From assembly GCA_031278255.1 (NCBI GenBank), contig JAITKU010000117.1, positions 1-37,458 of the forward strand: DNA of 37,458 nucleotides, read 5' to 3'. Both the position numbers and the translations under genes were made by a program. The stretch comes from Eubacteriales Family XIII. Incertae Sedis bacterium (GTDB taxonomy: Bacteria; Bacillota; Clostridia; Peptostreptococcales; Anaerovoracaceae). The notes beneath the pieces are model-generated. The model was not told the DNA's origin. It searched no databases and worked only from the letters and a program-made list of their open reading frames with translations. Below, piece by piece: positions 7,666 through 16,770 of the stretch. Within the stretch, counting starts at the first letter, position 1. Each line of letters begins with the position of its first letter.

Positions 7666-10011
7666 ATGAAATCAAAGGCTGTTTCAAGCGCGGTTTTGAG
7701 CGTTCTTGTCATGTTCGGCGGAATGGGTTTTGCTTTTGCCGACGCGGAACATGTCGTGGTTCCGGGCGATTGGCTGAGCAAGATCGCGGAAAAGTACGAC
7801 ACGACTTACCAAGAACTCGCGGCCTACAACAACATCGCGAATCCCGATCTGATCTTCCCGGGGCAGATCATACGCATTCCGGACGCCTTGCCCGCGCCCG
7901 CGCCGACGCCCGCGCCCGTACCCGAAGCGACGCCGGCCGAGGATGCCGCGCTCTACCCGGATTTCCTCAAGGCCGTTGATACCCGGTACGGTTACGATAT
8001 CGCGGTCGAGCTGTCGGAAAACCCGAAATTTCACAGTTCCCCCATCGGCACGCGCACCGCGGGCAGCGATGCGGAACACGCGGCCGCCGATTGGATCGCG
8101 GAGCAAATGCGGCAGATCGGTCTCAGCGAGGTTGAAAAGGTCGGCGCCAAGGTCGATAAATGGCAGTTCAACGACGCGACCATCCGGCTTGCGGGCGATT
8201 CCAAGGTCATACAGCTTCACTCCTACGCCACCGCCGCGACGCCGGAGGCCGGCCTGACGGCCGAAGTGGTCTACGTGGGCGACGGTACGATGTGGGATTA
8301 CGAGGATTCGGATGTCAAGGGGAAGATCGTGATCGCCGATGTGGACCAGCGGGCAAACTGGTGGATAACCTATCCCATGCTGGAGGCCGAGTACCGGGGC
8401 GCCGCGGCGATTCTCGCCGTGCCGGTTTCGGGCTTCTCGGAAATCAGCGCCGACGCCTACAACGCGAACGACATCTGCGGCCCGACGGGCATACCCTGCG
8501 TGAGCATAACGGTGAACGACGCGAACTACATCAAGGAGCGCCTTCAAGAGGGCAGCGTCGAAGCGACGCTGAAAGTGGACAACATCGTCGAGCCGAACGG
8601 CGTTTCCTACAACGTCACCGGCCGCATACCCGGCAAAAACCACGACGAAATCATCCTGATCGGCGCGCACTACGACATGTATTTCCACGGCTTTCAGGAC
8701 GATTCGATAGCCGTAGGCATGATGATGGGTATCGCGAAAGCCATGCTGGATGCGGGCTACACGCCCGAAAGGGATATCGTGTTCGTGGCGCACGGCGCCG
8801 AGGAATGGGGCGCAAGCTACACGGTATTCGACTGGACGACGGGCGCGTGGCGCATGATCAACGAAGCGCATCCCGAGTGGGCGGGCCGCGTGCTGGCTTT
8901 TCTGAACTTTGAACTGTCCGCCTACGAATTCGGCGATTACACGAGCGTCTATTCGGCCCCCGAGTTTTACGGTCTGCTCGATCGCTTCGTGAACGAGGAG
9001 GCATCGCCGAAGCCCGTAAACGCCTTTCCCGCGGGGATCAAGACGGACGGTTATCAGACCTACACCTATTCGGACGATTTTTCGTACTACGCGGCGGGTG
9101 TGCCCGCATTTATAAACGGATTCCTCCTGCAGGAGGATATGGAGACGGTATTCCCGTTCTACGAGCAGTATTACCATACGAATTTCGACACCAAGGAGAC
9201 CTATGACGAGGATGTGGCCCGTTTCAACACCGAGTTCTACGGCTCGCTGGCCATCCGTATCGATCGGACGCCCGCCTTGGAACTCGACTTCACGGCGCAG
9301 TACGACAGGCTGACGGAAACCCTGGACGCCAAGCTTGCGGAAGCGAACGGCGCGGACGGCGACGGCTACGCGGAAGCGGTCGAGGCTTACGGCAAGGCGG
9401 CCGGCGCGCTGAACGAGCGGATATCCGAGGTCAACGCGCGCTACCTGCGGCTCGTCGCGAGCGGCGCCGGCGCCGACGATCTGAACGCCTTGTGGACGGA
9501 GGCGCGCGAACTCAACAAAAAGACACTCGCGATATTCAAGGAAACCCAAGACGCCTTGCTCGGTCTCATGTACGAGCGGCCCATCGTGCCGCACGAGGCG
9601 CCGCAGGAGAATATCGCGCTGATGAACGAGATCGTTGCGCTTCTCGCGGAGGGCAGGGTCAAGGAGGCCGCCGACGAATACGCGTGGCAGGTCAACAACA
9701 TCGATGAATGGTACAACATGTACTTCAGCGGGGAGGTCATGGATATATTCGACGATATGATGTACGGCAAGGACAACGCGGACAATCTCTTCTGGGGTAC
9801 GGGCAAGGCATACGTGCCGGCCGACGTTGAGACCGCCACGCGATCCCTCATGGCGCGGTACGAGGACGAGGGCGGCGACTTCAAGGATGAAATCGCCGTC
9901 TACGAGGCGGCGATCGCGGCGCAAAAGGCCGTGTACGTCGAACTCGTGAACAAAGAGATCGCCTCTGTCGTCAAATTGAGCGGAGATATGGAGACCGCGG
10001 CCGCGCGCTGA
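7666..10011 (+). CDS. secreted LysM-domain M28-family (PA-domain) aminopeptidase with C-terminal helical extension
   Basis: It has a signal peptide (MKSKAVSSAVLSVLVMFGGMGFAFA) and a LysM domain (HVVVPGDWLSKIAEKYDTTYQELAAYNNIANPDLIFPGQIIRIP). A Pro/Ala linker follows, then the M28 metal-ligand context (LIGAHYDMYFHGFQDDSIAV, FVAHGAEEWG). The RBS is AAAGGGAGG. Confidence 0.8.
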   Translation: MKSKAVSSAVLSVLVMFGGMGFAFADAEHVVVPGDWLSKIAEKYDTTYQELAAYNNIANPDLIFPGQIIRIPDALPAPAPTPAPVPEATPAEDAALYPDFLKAVDTRYGYDIAVELSENPKFHSSPIGTRTAGSDAEHAAADWIAEQMRQIGLSEVEKVGAKVDKWQFNDATIRLAGDSKVIQLHSYATAATPEAGLTAEVVYVGDGTMWDYEDSDVKGKIVIADVDQRANWWITYPMLEAEYRGAAAILAVPVSGFSEISADAYNANDICGPTGIPCVSITVNDANYIKERLQEGSVEATLKVDNIVEPNGVSYNVTGRIPGKNHDEIILIGAHYDMYFHGFQDDSIAVGMMMGIAKAMLDAGYTPERDIVFVAHGAEEWGASYTVFDWTTGAWRMINEAHPEWAGRVLAFLNFELSAYEFGDYTSVYSAPEFYGLLDRFVNEEASPKPVNAFPAGIKTDGYQTYTYSDDFSYYAAGVPAFINGFLLQEDMETVFPFYEQYYHTNFDTKETYDEDVARFNTEFYGSLAIRIDRTPALELDFTAQYDRLTETLDAKLAEANGADGDGYAEAVEAYGKAAGALNERISEVNARYLRLVASGAGADDLNALWTEARELNKKTLAIFKETQDALLGLMYERPIVPHEAPQENIALMNEIVALLAEGRVKEAADEYAWQVNNIDEWYNMYFSGEVMDIFDDMMYGKDNADNLFWGTGKAYVPADVETATRSLMARYEDEGGDFKDEIAVYEAAIAAQKAVYVELVNKEIASVVKLSGDMETAAAR

Positions 10012-10060
10012 AGCGGGATCGCTTCCCGCGGCAGACACCGAAAGAATACGGGGTAAATGA

Positions 10061-11203
10061 ATGAAGAAGAAGTATGCGGAAACATCCGGGATCGATTCAC
10101 AGGCAAACACATCTTGGGGGAGGCGCGAATCGACGGATGCGCTTTACCGCCGCCCGTCCGAGGCTTTTGGGCGGAATCCGAAGCGCGGGCGTCCGCTCCT
10201 CGCGGTCGTCCTGAGCGCACTCCTGTTGCTTTCGGGCTGCGGCGGAGACAATTCCGAGATCGTGGCCAATGTGGGCGATACCGCGATCACGGAGAACCGG
10301 CTGAACGCGTTCACAGAGCTTTTGTTTGCCTTGAACGGCTACGATTTGTCGGCTGTGGACGAGAGCGAGAAGAATTTGTACAAGTCGGAAGCCTTGGCCA
10401 CCATGGTGCAGGCCGAGGCGCTGGCACAGCATTACAAGAATCAGGGCGTCCTGCCCGAGGGTATCGAAGAGGGTTTTGCGCAGTTCAAGGACGATATCGC
10501 GCAGGTGGAGGGTCTGGCGGACAGCTTCAAGAAGAAAGGTGTCACGGACGACACCCTGCGATATTTATTGGAAACGCAGTTCTATTTTCAGAGCGCGCGG
10601 GCGGAGGCGACGAAAGACGAAACCCTGCCCACGGATGCGGAGATAAGGGCTTATTACCTCGCCCACGAGCAGGAGTACGGGGATGAGGAGGAGCGGCGCG
10701 TAAGCCATATTCTGGTCGGCGACGCGAGTCACAGCGACGCGGACAGGCAGCTTGCGGAAGAGATACGCGATAAGATCGCGCGCGGCGAGAAAAGCTTCGA
10801 GGATATGGCGCAGGAATACGGACAGGACGGCACGAGCAGCGCGGGCGGCGATCTGGGCTACGCCGTGCGCGATGCCTATGTGCCGGAATTCAGCGATGTC
10901 GCTTTCACGCTGCCGCAGGACGAGCTCTCAGAGATCGTGGAGTCGGAGTTCGGCTTTCACGTGCTGAAAGTCACGGATATTCGCAATACGCGTTCGCTGG
11001 ACGCGCAGCGCGAGGCGATACGCACCGCGCTGGCCGATGAACTCTACGAGGATAAGCTGGATTCGATCGCCGCGGAATTTGAAGCGGTCTACCCGAGCGA
11101 CAATTATCCCGCGCCGGGCGCGGCCGAGGCCGAAATCCCGACCGCGCCGGACGGCGCGGAGGCGGAAACGGACGCAGACGAAGCGGCCGCCTCTCCCGAA
11201 TAA
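10061..11203 (+). CDS. prsA: PrsA-like parvulin peptidyl-prolyl isomerase lipoprotein
   Basis: A lipobox is present (LLLLSGCGG). The PpiC rotamase core reads SHILV...GGDLGY...EFGFHVLKV. An N-terminal stretch of unusual length precedes the signal peptide. Confidence 0.78.
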   Translation: MKKKYAETSGIDSQANTSWGRRESTDALYRRPSEAFGRNPKRGRPLLAVVLSALLLLSGCGGDNSEIVANVGDTAITENRLNAFTELLFALNGYDLSAVDESEKNLYKSEALATMVQAEALAQHYKNQGVLPEGIEEGFAQFKDDIAQVEGLADSFKKKGVTDDTLRYLLETQFYFQSARAEATKDETLPTDAEIRAYYLAHEQEYGDEEERRVSHILVGDASHSDADRQLAEEIRDKIARGEKSFEDMAQEYGQDGTSSAGGDLGYAVRDAYVPEFSDVAFTLPQDELSEIVESEFGFHVLKVTDIRNTRSLDAQREAIRTALADELYEDKLDSIAAEFEAVYPSDNYPAPGAAEAEIPTAPDGAEAETDADEAAASPE

Positions 11204-11391
11204 AGGCGGGCGGGCAATTGCGGCGGCCTTGGGTGCCGATCCCGGGGCCGCGCGCCCTTGCCCCCGGTTGCGGGCGGGGCAATTGCTTTACGGTAATATG
11301 ATTCTTGTAAAGCGGGCCCGTCCGTGTGTCCGTCTGCTCGTTTGCGCAATACCGCGCAATGAATCCCTTGCGCGCGGAGGATTCCAAGGCC

Positions 11392-12459
11392 ATGACGCAA
11401 AAAAAATGGAAAGAAAACTTCATACGGATAGAGCCGTACAGCGCGGGGGAACAGCCCGAGAGCGACGATGTGATCAAGCTGAACACCAACGAAAACCCTT
11501 ACCCGCCGGCGCCGGGGGTGGCGGCCGCTCTGCGCGCCGCCGGGATCGACGGACTCAGGCGCTACCCGCAGGCGGACGGAAAGGACCTGCGCCTTGCGCT
11601 TGCGGCGGCGCGGGGCACGGACCCCGCCTCCGTGTTCGTCGCAAACGGTTCGGATGAGGCCCTGGCCTTGGCCTTTCGCGCTTTCTTCAATTCAAAGAAG
11701 CCCGTGCTGTTTCCCGATGTCAGCTATTCTTTCTACCCGGTCTGGTGCGATCTCTTCGGGATACCCTATCGCAGGCCGGCGACGGACGGGGATTTTCGCA
11801 TTCGCGTGCGGGATTACGCCGCAGAGAACGGCGGCGTGGTTCTGGCGAACCCGAACGCCCCGACCGGTATCGCCCTGACGCTTTTTGAGATCGAAGAAAT
11901 CCTCTCGTCGAATCGGGATTCCGTGGTGATCGTGGATGAGGCTTACGTGGATTTCGGGGCCTGTTCCGCGATCGGGCTTATATCGAAGTACGAAAACCTT
12001 TTGGTTACGCAGAGTTTCTCGAAAGGGCGCGCGCTGGCCGGTCTCAGGCTCGGCGCGGCTTTCGGCTGCGCGGACTTGATCGCCGTGCTTGGCGCCGTGA
12101 AGAACGCGTTCAACTCCTATCTCGTGGACAGCGTTGCGGCCGCGGCCGGCGTGGCTTCTTTGGCGGACGGGGCGTATTTTGAAAAGCGTACGGCGCAGGT
12201 GATCGCGACGCGGGAGCGGTTCGCCGCGGTTTTGCGCGGCATGGGCTTCTCCGTGACCGACAGCGCCGCGAACTTTCTGTTCGTGACGCACGCGGATCTG
12301 GATGCCGCAGCGCTCATGCGATACCTGAAAGGACGCGGTATCTTGGTGCGGCATTTTTCGCTGCCCCGGATAGAGCGTTATCTGCGCATAACGGTGGGAA
12401 CGGATGCGGAGATGGATCGCCTCACGGAAGAGATATCTTGTTTTTTACAAAAAAGTTAA
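11392..12459 (+). CDS. hisC: histidinol-phosphate aminotransferase
   Basis: It shows the class-II aminotransferase pattern: LNTNENPYPP, an IVDEAYVDF-like stretch, and the PLP-lysine motif SFSKGRALAGLRLG. The ATG at 11392 has a GGAGGA RBS about 10 nt upstream. The ORF-track start at 11326 has none. Confidence 0.82.
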   Translation: MTQKKWKENFIRIEPYSAGEQPESDDVIKLNTNENPYPPAPGVAAALRAAGIDGLRRYPQADGKDLRLALAAARGTDPASVFVANGSDEALALAFRAFFNSKKPVLFPDVSYSFYPVWCDLFGIPYRRPATDGDFRIRVRDYAAENGGVVLANPNAPTGIALTLFEIEEILSSNRDSVVIVDEAYVDFGACSAIGLISKYENLLVTQSFSKGRALAGLRLGAAFGCADLIAVLGAVKNAFNSYLVDSVAAAAGVASLADGAYFEKRTAQVIATRERFAAVLRGMGFSVTDSAANFLFVTHADLDAAALMRYLKGRGILVRHFSLPRIERYLRITVGTDAEMDRLTEEISCFLQKS

Positions 12460-12474
12460 ATGGAGGGATAAGGG

Positions 12475-13782
12475 ATGCTTTTTGAGAATATTGCGGTCTT
12501 GGACGAGGGGGGGCGCGCGGCGGCGGGCAAATATGTGGGCGTCACGGGCGAGCGCATAGCCTATATCGGAGATACGGCGCCGGCCGAGGACTTCGGCGAG
12601 ACCTATGCGGGCGCGGGCCGCCTGCTCATGCCGGCTTTCTACAACGCGCACGCGCATTCGCCCATGACCTTGCTGCGCGGCTACGGCGAAAACCTGAAAT
12701 TGCAGGACTGGCTGACGACGCGCATATTCCCTTTTGAGGACAAACTCACGGGGGAGGCCGTATACGCCGGGACCCTGCTGGCCGTCGCGGAATCCCTGCG
12801 CTTCGGTATCGTTTCGACCACGGATATGTATTATTTCTGCGAGGATATGTTGCGGGCTTTTTTGGAGAGCGGCGCAAAGGTAAACATCAGCCGCGGACTG
12901 ACCTGCTTCACGGACGCGGAGCTTGCGGATTTGCCCGGTTTTCAGGAGGCGAAACGGCTCTTTGAGACCTACGACGGGGCCGCCGACGGCCGCGTCGTAG
13001 CGGAGATGTCCCTGCACGCCGAATACACCTCAAACCCCAAGATCGCGGCGCAGCTGGCCGAATACGCGAACAAGACGGGCGCGGGTATGCACGTCCACAT
13101 ATCCGAGACAAAGACCGAACACGCGGAATGTATGGCGCGGCGCGGCGGCAAGACGCCGGTCGCGTATCTCGCCTCGCTCGGCTTCTTTGAAACGCGGACC
13201 ACGGCCGCGCACTGCGTCCACGTTACGGAAGAGGATATGGATATACTCGCGCGAAAGGGCGTTACGGTCGCAAGCTGCCCGATCAGCAACATGAAGCTGT
13301 CGAGCGGCGTCTGCAACGTGCCGCGCCTGCTCGAAAAGGGCGTGAACGTGGCGATCGGCACGGACGGCGCCGCGAGCAACAACAGCCTGAACTTCATCGA
13401 GGAGATGAAATTCTTCGCGCTGTCCAACAAACTCATGCGCGAGGACCCGACCCTCGTGAGTCCCGCGGATACCATCGCCGCCGCGACCGTCTCCGGCGCG
13501 AAAAGCCAAGGCCGGCCGGACTGCGGCGCGATTCGCGTCGGCGCCAAGGCCGATCTGATCGTTTTGGACCTGTCCGTTCCCAATATGCATCCGGTACACG
13601 CGCTCGCGAACAACATCGTCTACGCCGCCGCAGGCGGCGACGTGCGGCTGACCATGGCGGACGGCAAGGTCCTGTACAGGGACGGGAGCTACAAGACCAT
13701 AGACATCGAAAAAGCGCTGTTTGAGGCGGACGCGGCGACGCGGCGGATACGCGGAGAACTCGGAGAACAGAACCCGGCATGA
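12475..13782 (+). CDS. mtaD: amidohydrolase, 5-methylthioadenosine/S-adenosylhomocysteine deaminase-like
   Basis: An HxH metal motif is present (YNAHAHSPMTLLRG). Also seen are LQDWL...IFP.E, HISET, and a late GTDGAASNN motif typical of the MtaD/chlorohydrolase family. Confidence 0.75.
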   Translation: MLFENIAVLDEGGRAAAGKYVGVTGERIAYIGDTAPAEDFGETYAGAGRLLMPAFYNAHAHSPMTLLRGYGENLKLQDWLTTRIFPFEDKLTGEAVYAGTLLAVAESLRFGIVSTTDMYYFCEDMLRAFLESGAKVNISRGLTCFTDAELADLPGFQEAKRLFETYDGAADGRVVAEMSLHAEYTSNPKIAAQLAEYANKTGAGMHVHISETKTEHAECMARRGGKTPVAYLASLGFFETRTTAAHCVHVTEEDMDILARKGVTVASCPISNMKLSSGVCNVPRLLEKGVNVAIGTDGAASNNSLNFIEEMKFFALSNKLMREDPTLVSPADTIAAATVSGAKSQGRPDCGAIRVGAKADLIVLDLSVPNMHPVHALANNIVYAAAGGDVRLTMADGKVLYRDGSYKTIDIEKALFEADAATRRIRGELGEQNPA

Positions 13783-15413
13783 GCAAACGGACATTTATGC
13801 AGGGAGCGGTCGTCCTGGCCGCCGCGGGCGTAATCATCAAGGCTCTCGGCGCCGTGTTCAAGATTCCGCTCGGAAACATGATCGGCGACACGGGCATGGG
13901 ATATTACCAGACCGCCTACACGATCTACATGATATTCCTCGTGCTGTCCAATTCGGGCATACCCGTGGCGATCTCGCGCATGGTGTCCGAGCGTATCGCC
14001 GTCGGGCGTCCCTTGGACGCGTACAGGGTGTTTCGCGTTTCTTTCATACTGTTGCTCTTCATCGGATTCGCGTCCGCGCTGTTTTGTTTTTTCAAAACCG
14101 ATTTCCTGCTGCATTACTTTCCCAACATGGAGAAAGCCGCCTATTCGATCAAGGCAATCGCCCCCGCGCTGCTCATCGTGCCGCTGATGGCCGCGTACAG
14201 GGGGTATTTTCAGGGTATGCAGGATATGCGGCCCACGGCGAATTCGCAGGTGACGGAGCAGTTTTTTCGCGTTGCGGCGGGCCTCGGCGTCGCCCTGTAC
14301 CTGTTGCCGCGGGGGGAGGCTTTCGCGGCGGCGGGCGCGGCGGCGGGCGCGGCGGTCGGCGCGGCGGCGGGACTCTTGACCGTCATGACCATCTACGCAC
14401 TCGGCGGCGGGAAGAGGAACGCGGCGCAGGCGGAAGCACACGCGCGGGCGGGCGGGGGCCTTTCCGCGGCGCCCGAGTCCGCTTGCGGCATCCTGCTGCG
14501 GATCTGCCTGATCGCGGCGCCGATCACGATCGGGGCCTCTGTCATGCCCATCATGAATTTCATAGACCTCGCGATCATCACGAACCGCCTCGCCGACCTC
14601 GGCTGGGCCGCGGAGGAGGTCAGAAAGACCTACGGACAGCTTGCGGGCTTCGTGAATCCGCTGATCAACCTGCCGCAGATTCTGACGCAGGCCGTGGCCA
14701 TGAGCCTCGTACCGGCGGTGGCGGCCGCGCACAAGCAAAACGACACGGCTTTCCTGCGGCACAACATACAGCTCGGTCTTAGGACCGCGATCCTCATCGG
14801 CCTGCCCTGCGCGTTCGGCATGATGGTCCTGTCCGAGGAGATCATGCTGCTCCTTTATCCCGCCGTCAGGGACGCGGCCCTCTCCGCGGCGCCTTTTCTG
14901 TTCATACTGGGTTTCGGCGTGATCTTCCTCTCGATGGTCCAGACCCTGACCGGCGTGCTGCAGGGCGTGGGCCGGCAGATGATACCCGTTCGCAACCTGT
15001 GTATCGGCGCGGCCGCCAAGGTGGCGGTGACTTGGACCCTGATCGCGATACCGGCCGTGAACGTCAAGGGCGCGGCGGCCGGGACCGTCACGGCCTATAT
15101 CTTGGCCGCCGTCTTGAATTTGGCGGCCGTGCGACGGCATACGGGCGCGCGCTTCGACCTAAAGCTGACCTACGTCAAGCCGTTCCTGGCCGCGCTCGTC
15201 ATGGGCGCGGCGGTGTTTGCCGTGTATACCGCGCTTTATCTTCTGACCGGCGGCAACGCCGTGGCGACCGTGATCTCCGTCGCGGTCGGCGTGGTCGTCT
15301 ACGCGGCGATGCTATTTTTGGGCGGCGCCGTCACCGAGGAGGAACTGCTGCTCCTGCCCGGGGGCCGGCGTCTGGCGCGCGCGGTGCGCGCGCCGCAAAG
15401 GAGGCAACGATGA
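13779..15413 (+). CDS. MOP-superfamily flippase (YabM/SpoVB-like polysaccharide/peptidoglycan-precursor exporter)
   Basis: This is a 544 aa polytopic membrane protein. Its N-terminus, GAVVLAAAGVIIKALGAVFKIPLGNMIGDTGMGYYQTAYTIY..SNSGIPVAISRMVSE, is typical of SpoVB/YabM. It overlaps mtaD by ATGA and lies in the conserved position upstream of mazG. Confidence 0.78.
   Translation: MSKRTFMQGAVVLAAAGVIIKALGAVFKIPLGNMIGDTGMGYYQTAYTIYMIFLVLSNSGIPVAISRMVSERIAVGRPLDAYRVFRVSFILLLFIGFASALFCFFKTDFLLHYFPNMEKAAYSIKAIAPALLIVPLMAAYRGYFQGMQDMRPTANSQVTEQFFRVAAGLGVALYLLPRGEAFAAAGAAAGAAVGAAAGLLTVMTIYALGGGKRNAAQAEAHARAGGGLSAAPESACGILLRICLIAAPITIGASVMPIMNFIDLAIITNRLADLGWAAEEVRKTYGQLAGFVNPLINLPQILTQAVAMSLVPAVAAAHKQNDTAFLRHNIQLGLRTAILIGLPCAFGMMVLSEEIMLLLYPAVRDAALSAAPFLFILGFGVIFLSMVQTLTGVLQGVGRQMIPVRNLCIGAAAKVAVTWTLIAIPAVNVKGAAAGTVTAYILAAVLNLAAVRRHTGARFDLKLTYVKPFLAALVMGAAVFAVYTALYLLTGGNAVATVISVAVGVVVYAAMLFLGGAVTEEELLLLPGGRRLARAVRAPQRRQR
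14325..14372 (+). repeat. four tandem copies of a 12-mer (GCGGCGGCGGGC) encoding (AAAG)4 inside the flippase gene
   Basis: Read directly from the sequence. Copies at 14325-36 and 14337-48 are identical. The copy at 14349-60 has 2 mismatches and the copy at 14361-72 has 1. Confidence 0.85.
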
Positions 15414-16273
15414 AACAGGGCGAGGAAAGGGAGGACCGCAGGGCGGAATACGCGCATCTTTACGAGCGGGGCGATACGGTCGGCGCGGCGGCGGAAAGGC
15501 TTACGGAGATCATCGATCTTTTGCGGAGCGAGCGCGGTTGCCCTTGGGACCGGGCGCAGACCCATGAAAGCATTAAGCAATGCGTGATCGAGGAAGCCTA
15601 TGAAACGAAAGACGCCATAGACAGGGGCGACGCGGACAACCTCGAGGAGGAACTCGGCGATTTGCTCCTGCAGGTGGTCCTGCACGGACGGATCGGTGCG
15701 GAGAGCGGGGTTTTCGATTTCGTGAGCATCGCGAACCGTGTTTCGGACAAGATGATTCGGCGGCATCCGCATATTTTTTCAAAAGAAATCATTAAAACTA
15801 TTGACAAAGTAATTGAGAAATGGGAAAATGTGAAGAGGCAAGAGAAGCAGACCGTATCACATGCCGAAATCTTAGAGAGCGTCCCAAAGGCGTTGCCCGC
15901 CTTGACGAGGAGTTACAAGCTTCAAGCCAAGGCCGCCGGAGTCGGTTTTGATCGCGCGTGCGCGGAGGATGTTTTTCGTAAGATAGGGGAAGAAGCGCGG
16001 GAACTCCTTGCAGCCCATCGGGACGATAAATTCGGGTTAAAAAGCAAAATCGGGAACTTGCTGTTTTCAATTGTCAACGCGGCAAGAATTCTGGAAATCG
16101 ACCCGGAGGATGCGCTGAACGGCTCTTCGCAAAAATTCATCGACAGATTCCGCTCCGTCGAGGCCGCGGTTGCCGCCGCAGGCACAGCCGTTGAGCGGCT
16201 GACACTTGAAGAGATGGATGAACTTTGGGAAAGAGCAAAGCCCAACGTCCTTGCTTCCATGGATCATTCGTGA
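15410..16273 (+). CDS. mazG: MazG nucleoside-triphosphate pyrophosphohydrolase (tandem MazG domains)
   Basis: Matching stretches are LRSERGCPWDRAQTHESIKQCVIEEAYE, EELGDLLLQVVLH and RHPHIF. A second MazG repeat follows (IGEEARELL...IGNLLFSIVNAAR). The ATG at 15410 overlaps the flippase stop by ATGA. Confidence 0.88.
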   Translation: MKQGEEREDRRAEYAHLYERGDTVGAAAERLTEIIDLLRSERGCPWDRAQTHESIKQCVIEEAYETKDAIDRGDADNLEEELGDLLLQVVLHGRIGAESGVFDFVSIANRVSDKMIRRHPHIFSKEIIKTIDKVIEKWENVKRQEKQTVSHAEILESVPKALPALTRSYKLQAKAAGVGFDRACAEDVFRKIGEEARELLAAHRDDKFGLKSKIGNLLFSIVNAARILEIDPEDALNGSSQKFIDRFRSVEAAVAAAGTAVERLTLEEMDELWERAKPNVLASMDHS

Positions 16274-16331
16274 AATGCCGGCAGTGTAGTATGTTCTGAA
16301 ATTATTTTTTTTTAAAAGGAGGTTTAATTTC

Positions 16332-16610
16332 GTGAATAAAGCAGAATTGATCGCAAGTGTCGCGGAAAAAGCAGGCTTGACCAAGAAGGATGCCGAGGTC
16401 GCGGTGAACGCGACGATCGCCAGCATCGAGGCCGCATTGGTAAAGGGTGAGAAGGTCCAGCTTATCGGATTCGGCACCTTTGAAACGCGTCAAAGGAAAG
16501 CAAGACAGGGCAGAAACCCGAGGAAACCCGATCAGGTGATCGACATCGAGGCGGCCAAGGCGCCTGTGTTCAAGGCGGGCAAAGCACTCAAGGATGCTGT
16601 GAACAAATAG
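16332..16610 (+). CDS. hup: DNA-binding protein HU
   Basis: [27 protein letters not shown]...[21 protein letters not shown]...[14 protein letters not shown] is a canonical HU sequence. It uses a GTG start with an AAAGGAGG RBS at 16315-16322. Confidence 0.95.
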   Translation: MNKAELIASVAEKAGLTKKDAEVAVNATIASIEAALVKGEKVQLIGFGTFETRQRKARQGRNPRKPDQVIDIEAAKAPVFKAGKALKDAVNK

Positions 16611-16677
16611 GGTTGCGGCTCGTTCGGAACCTTTGAAACCGGATAAAGCAGCTTGTTTTTGATTCGGTTTATGAAAA

Positions 16678-16703
16678 CCGCTCCGGTGCGGAGCGGTTTT
16701 TTT
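16678..16703 (+). terminator. rho-independent terminator after hup
   Basis: The stem pairs CCGCTCCG (16678-85) with CGGAGCGG (16689-96) around a GTG loop. A T7 run follows at 16697-16703. Confidence 0.8.
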
Positions 16704-16770
16704 CTGTGCCGGCATACGAAAAACGGGCGGAAAGGCATCCGCAAAACCCCGCCGTGCTGTGGAGGCAAGT

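Noticed and set aside
10013-10029. Small GC hairpins after the LysM peptidase gene (GCGGGA-TCGCT-TCCCGC), after prsA (about 11227-11260) and after the AEC gene (27866-27887), considered as terminators.
   Set aside because: The stems are short, none has a U-tract, and such structures are common by chance at this G+C. This is not enough to call them features.
11204-11391. A possible T-box or attenuator in the hisC leader. The triplet TTGCGC-N6-GCGCAA-N8-TTGCGC (11342-11373) can form two mutually exclusive hairpins. A duplicated GGGCAATTGC motif is also present.
   Set aside because: The stems are only 6-7 bp. There is no T-box consensus (no GGUGGUACCGCG-like box), no specifier-loop architecture and no terminator U-tract. 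This is not distinguishable from chance in GC-rich DNA without covariation data.
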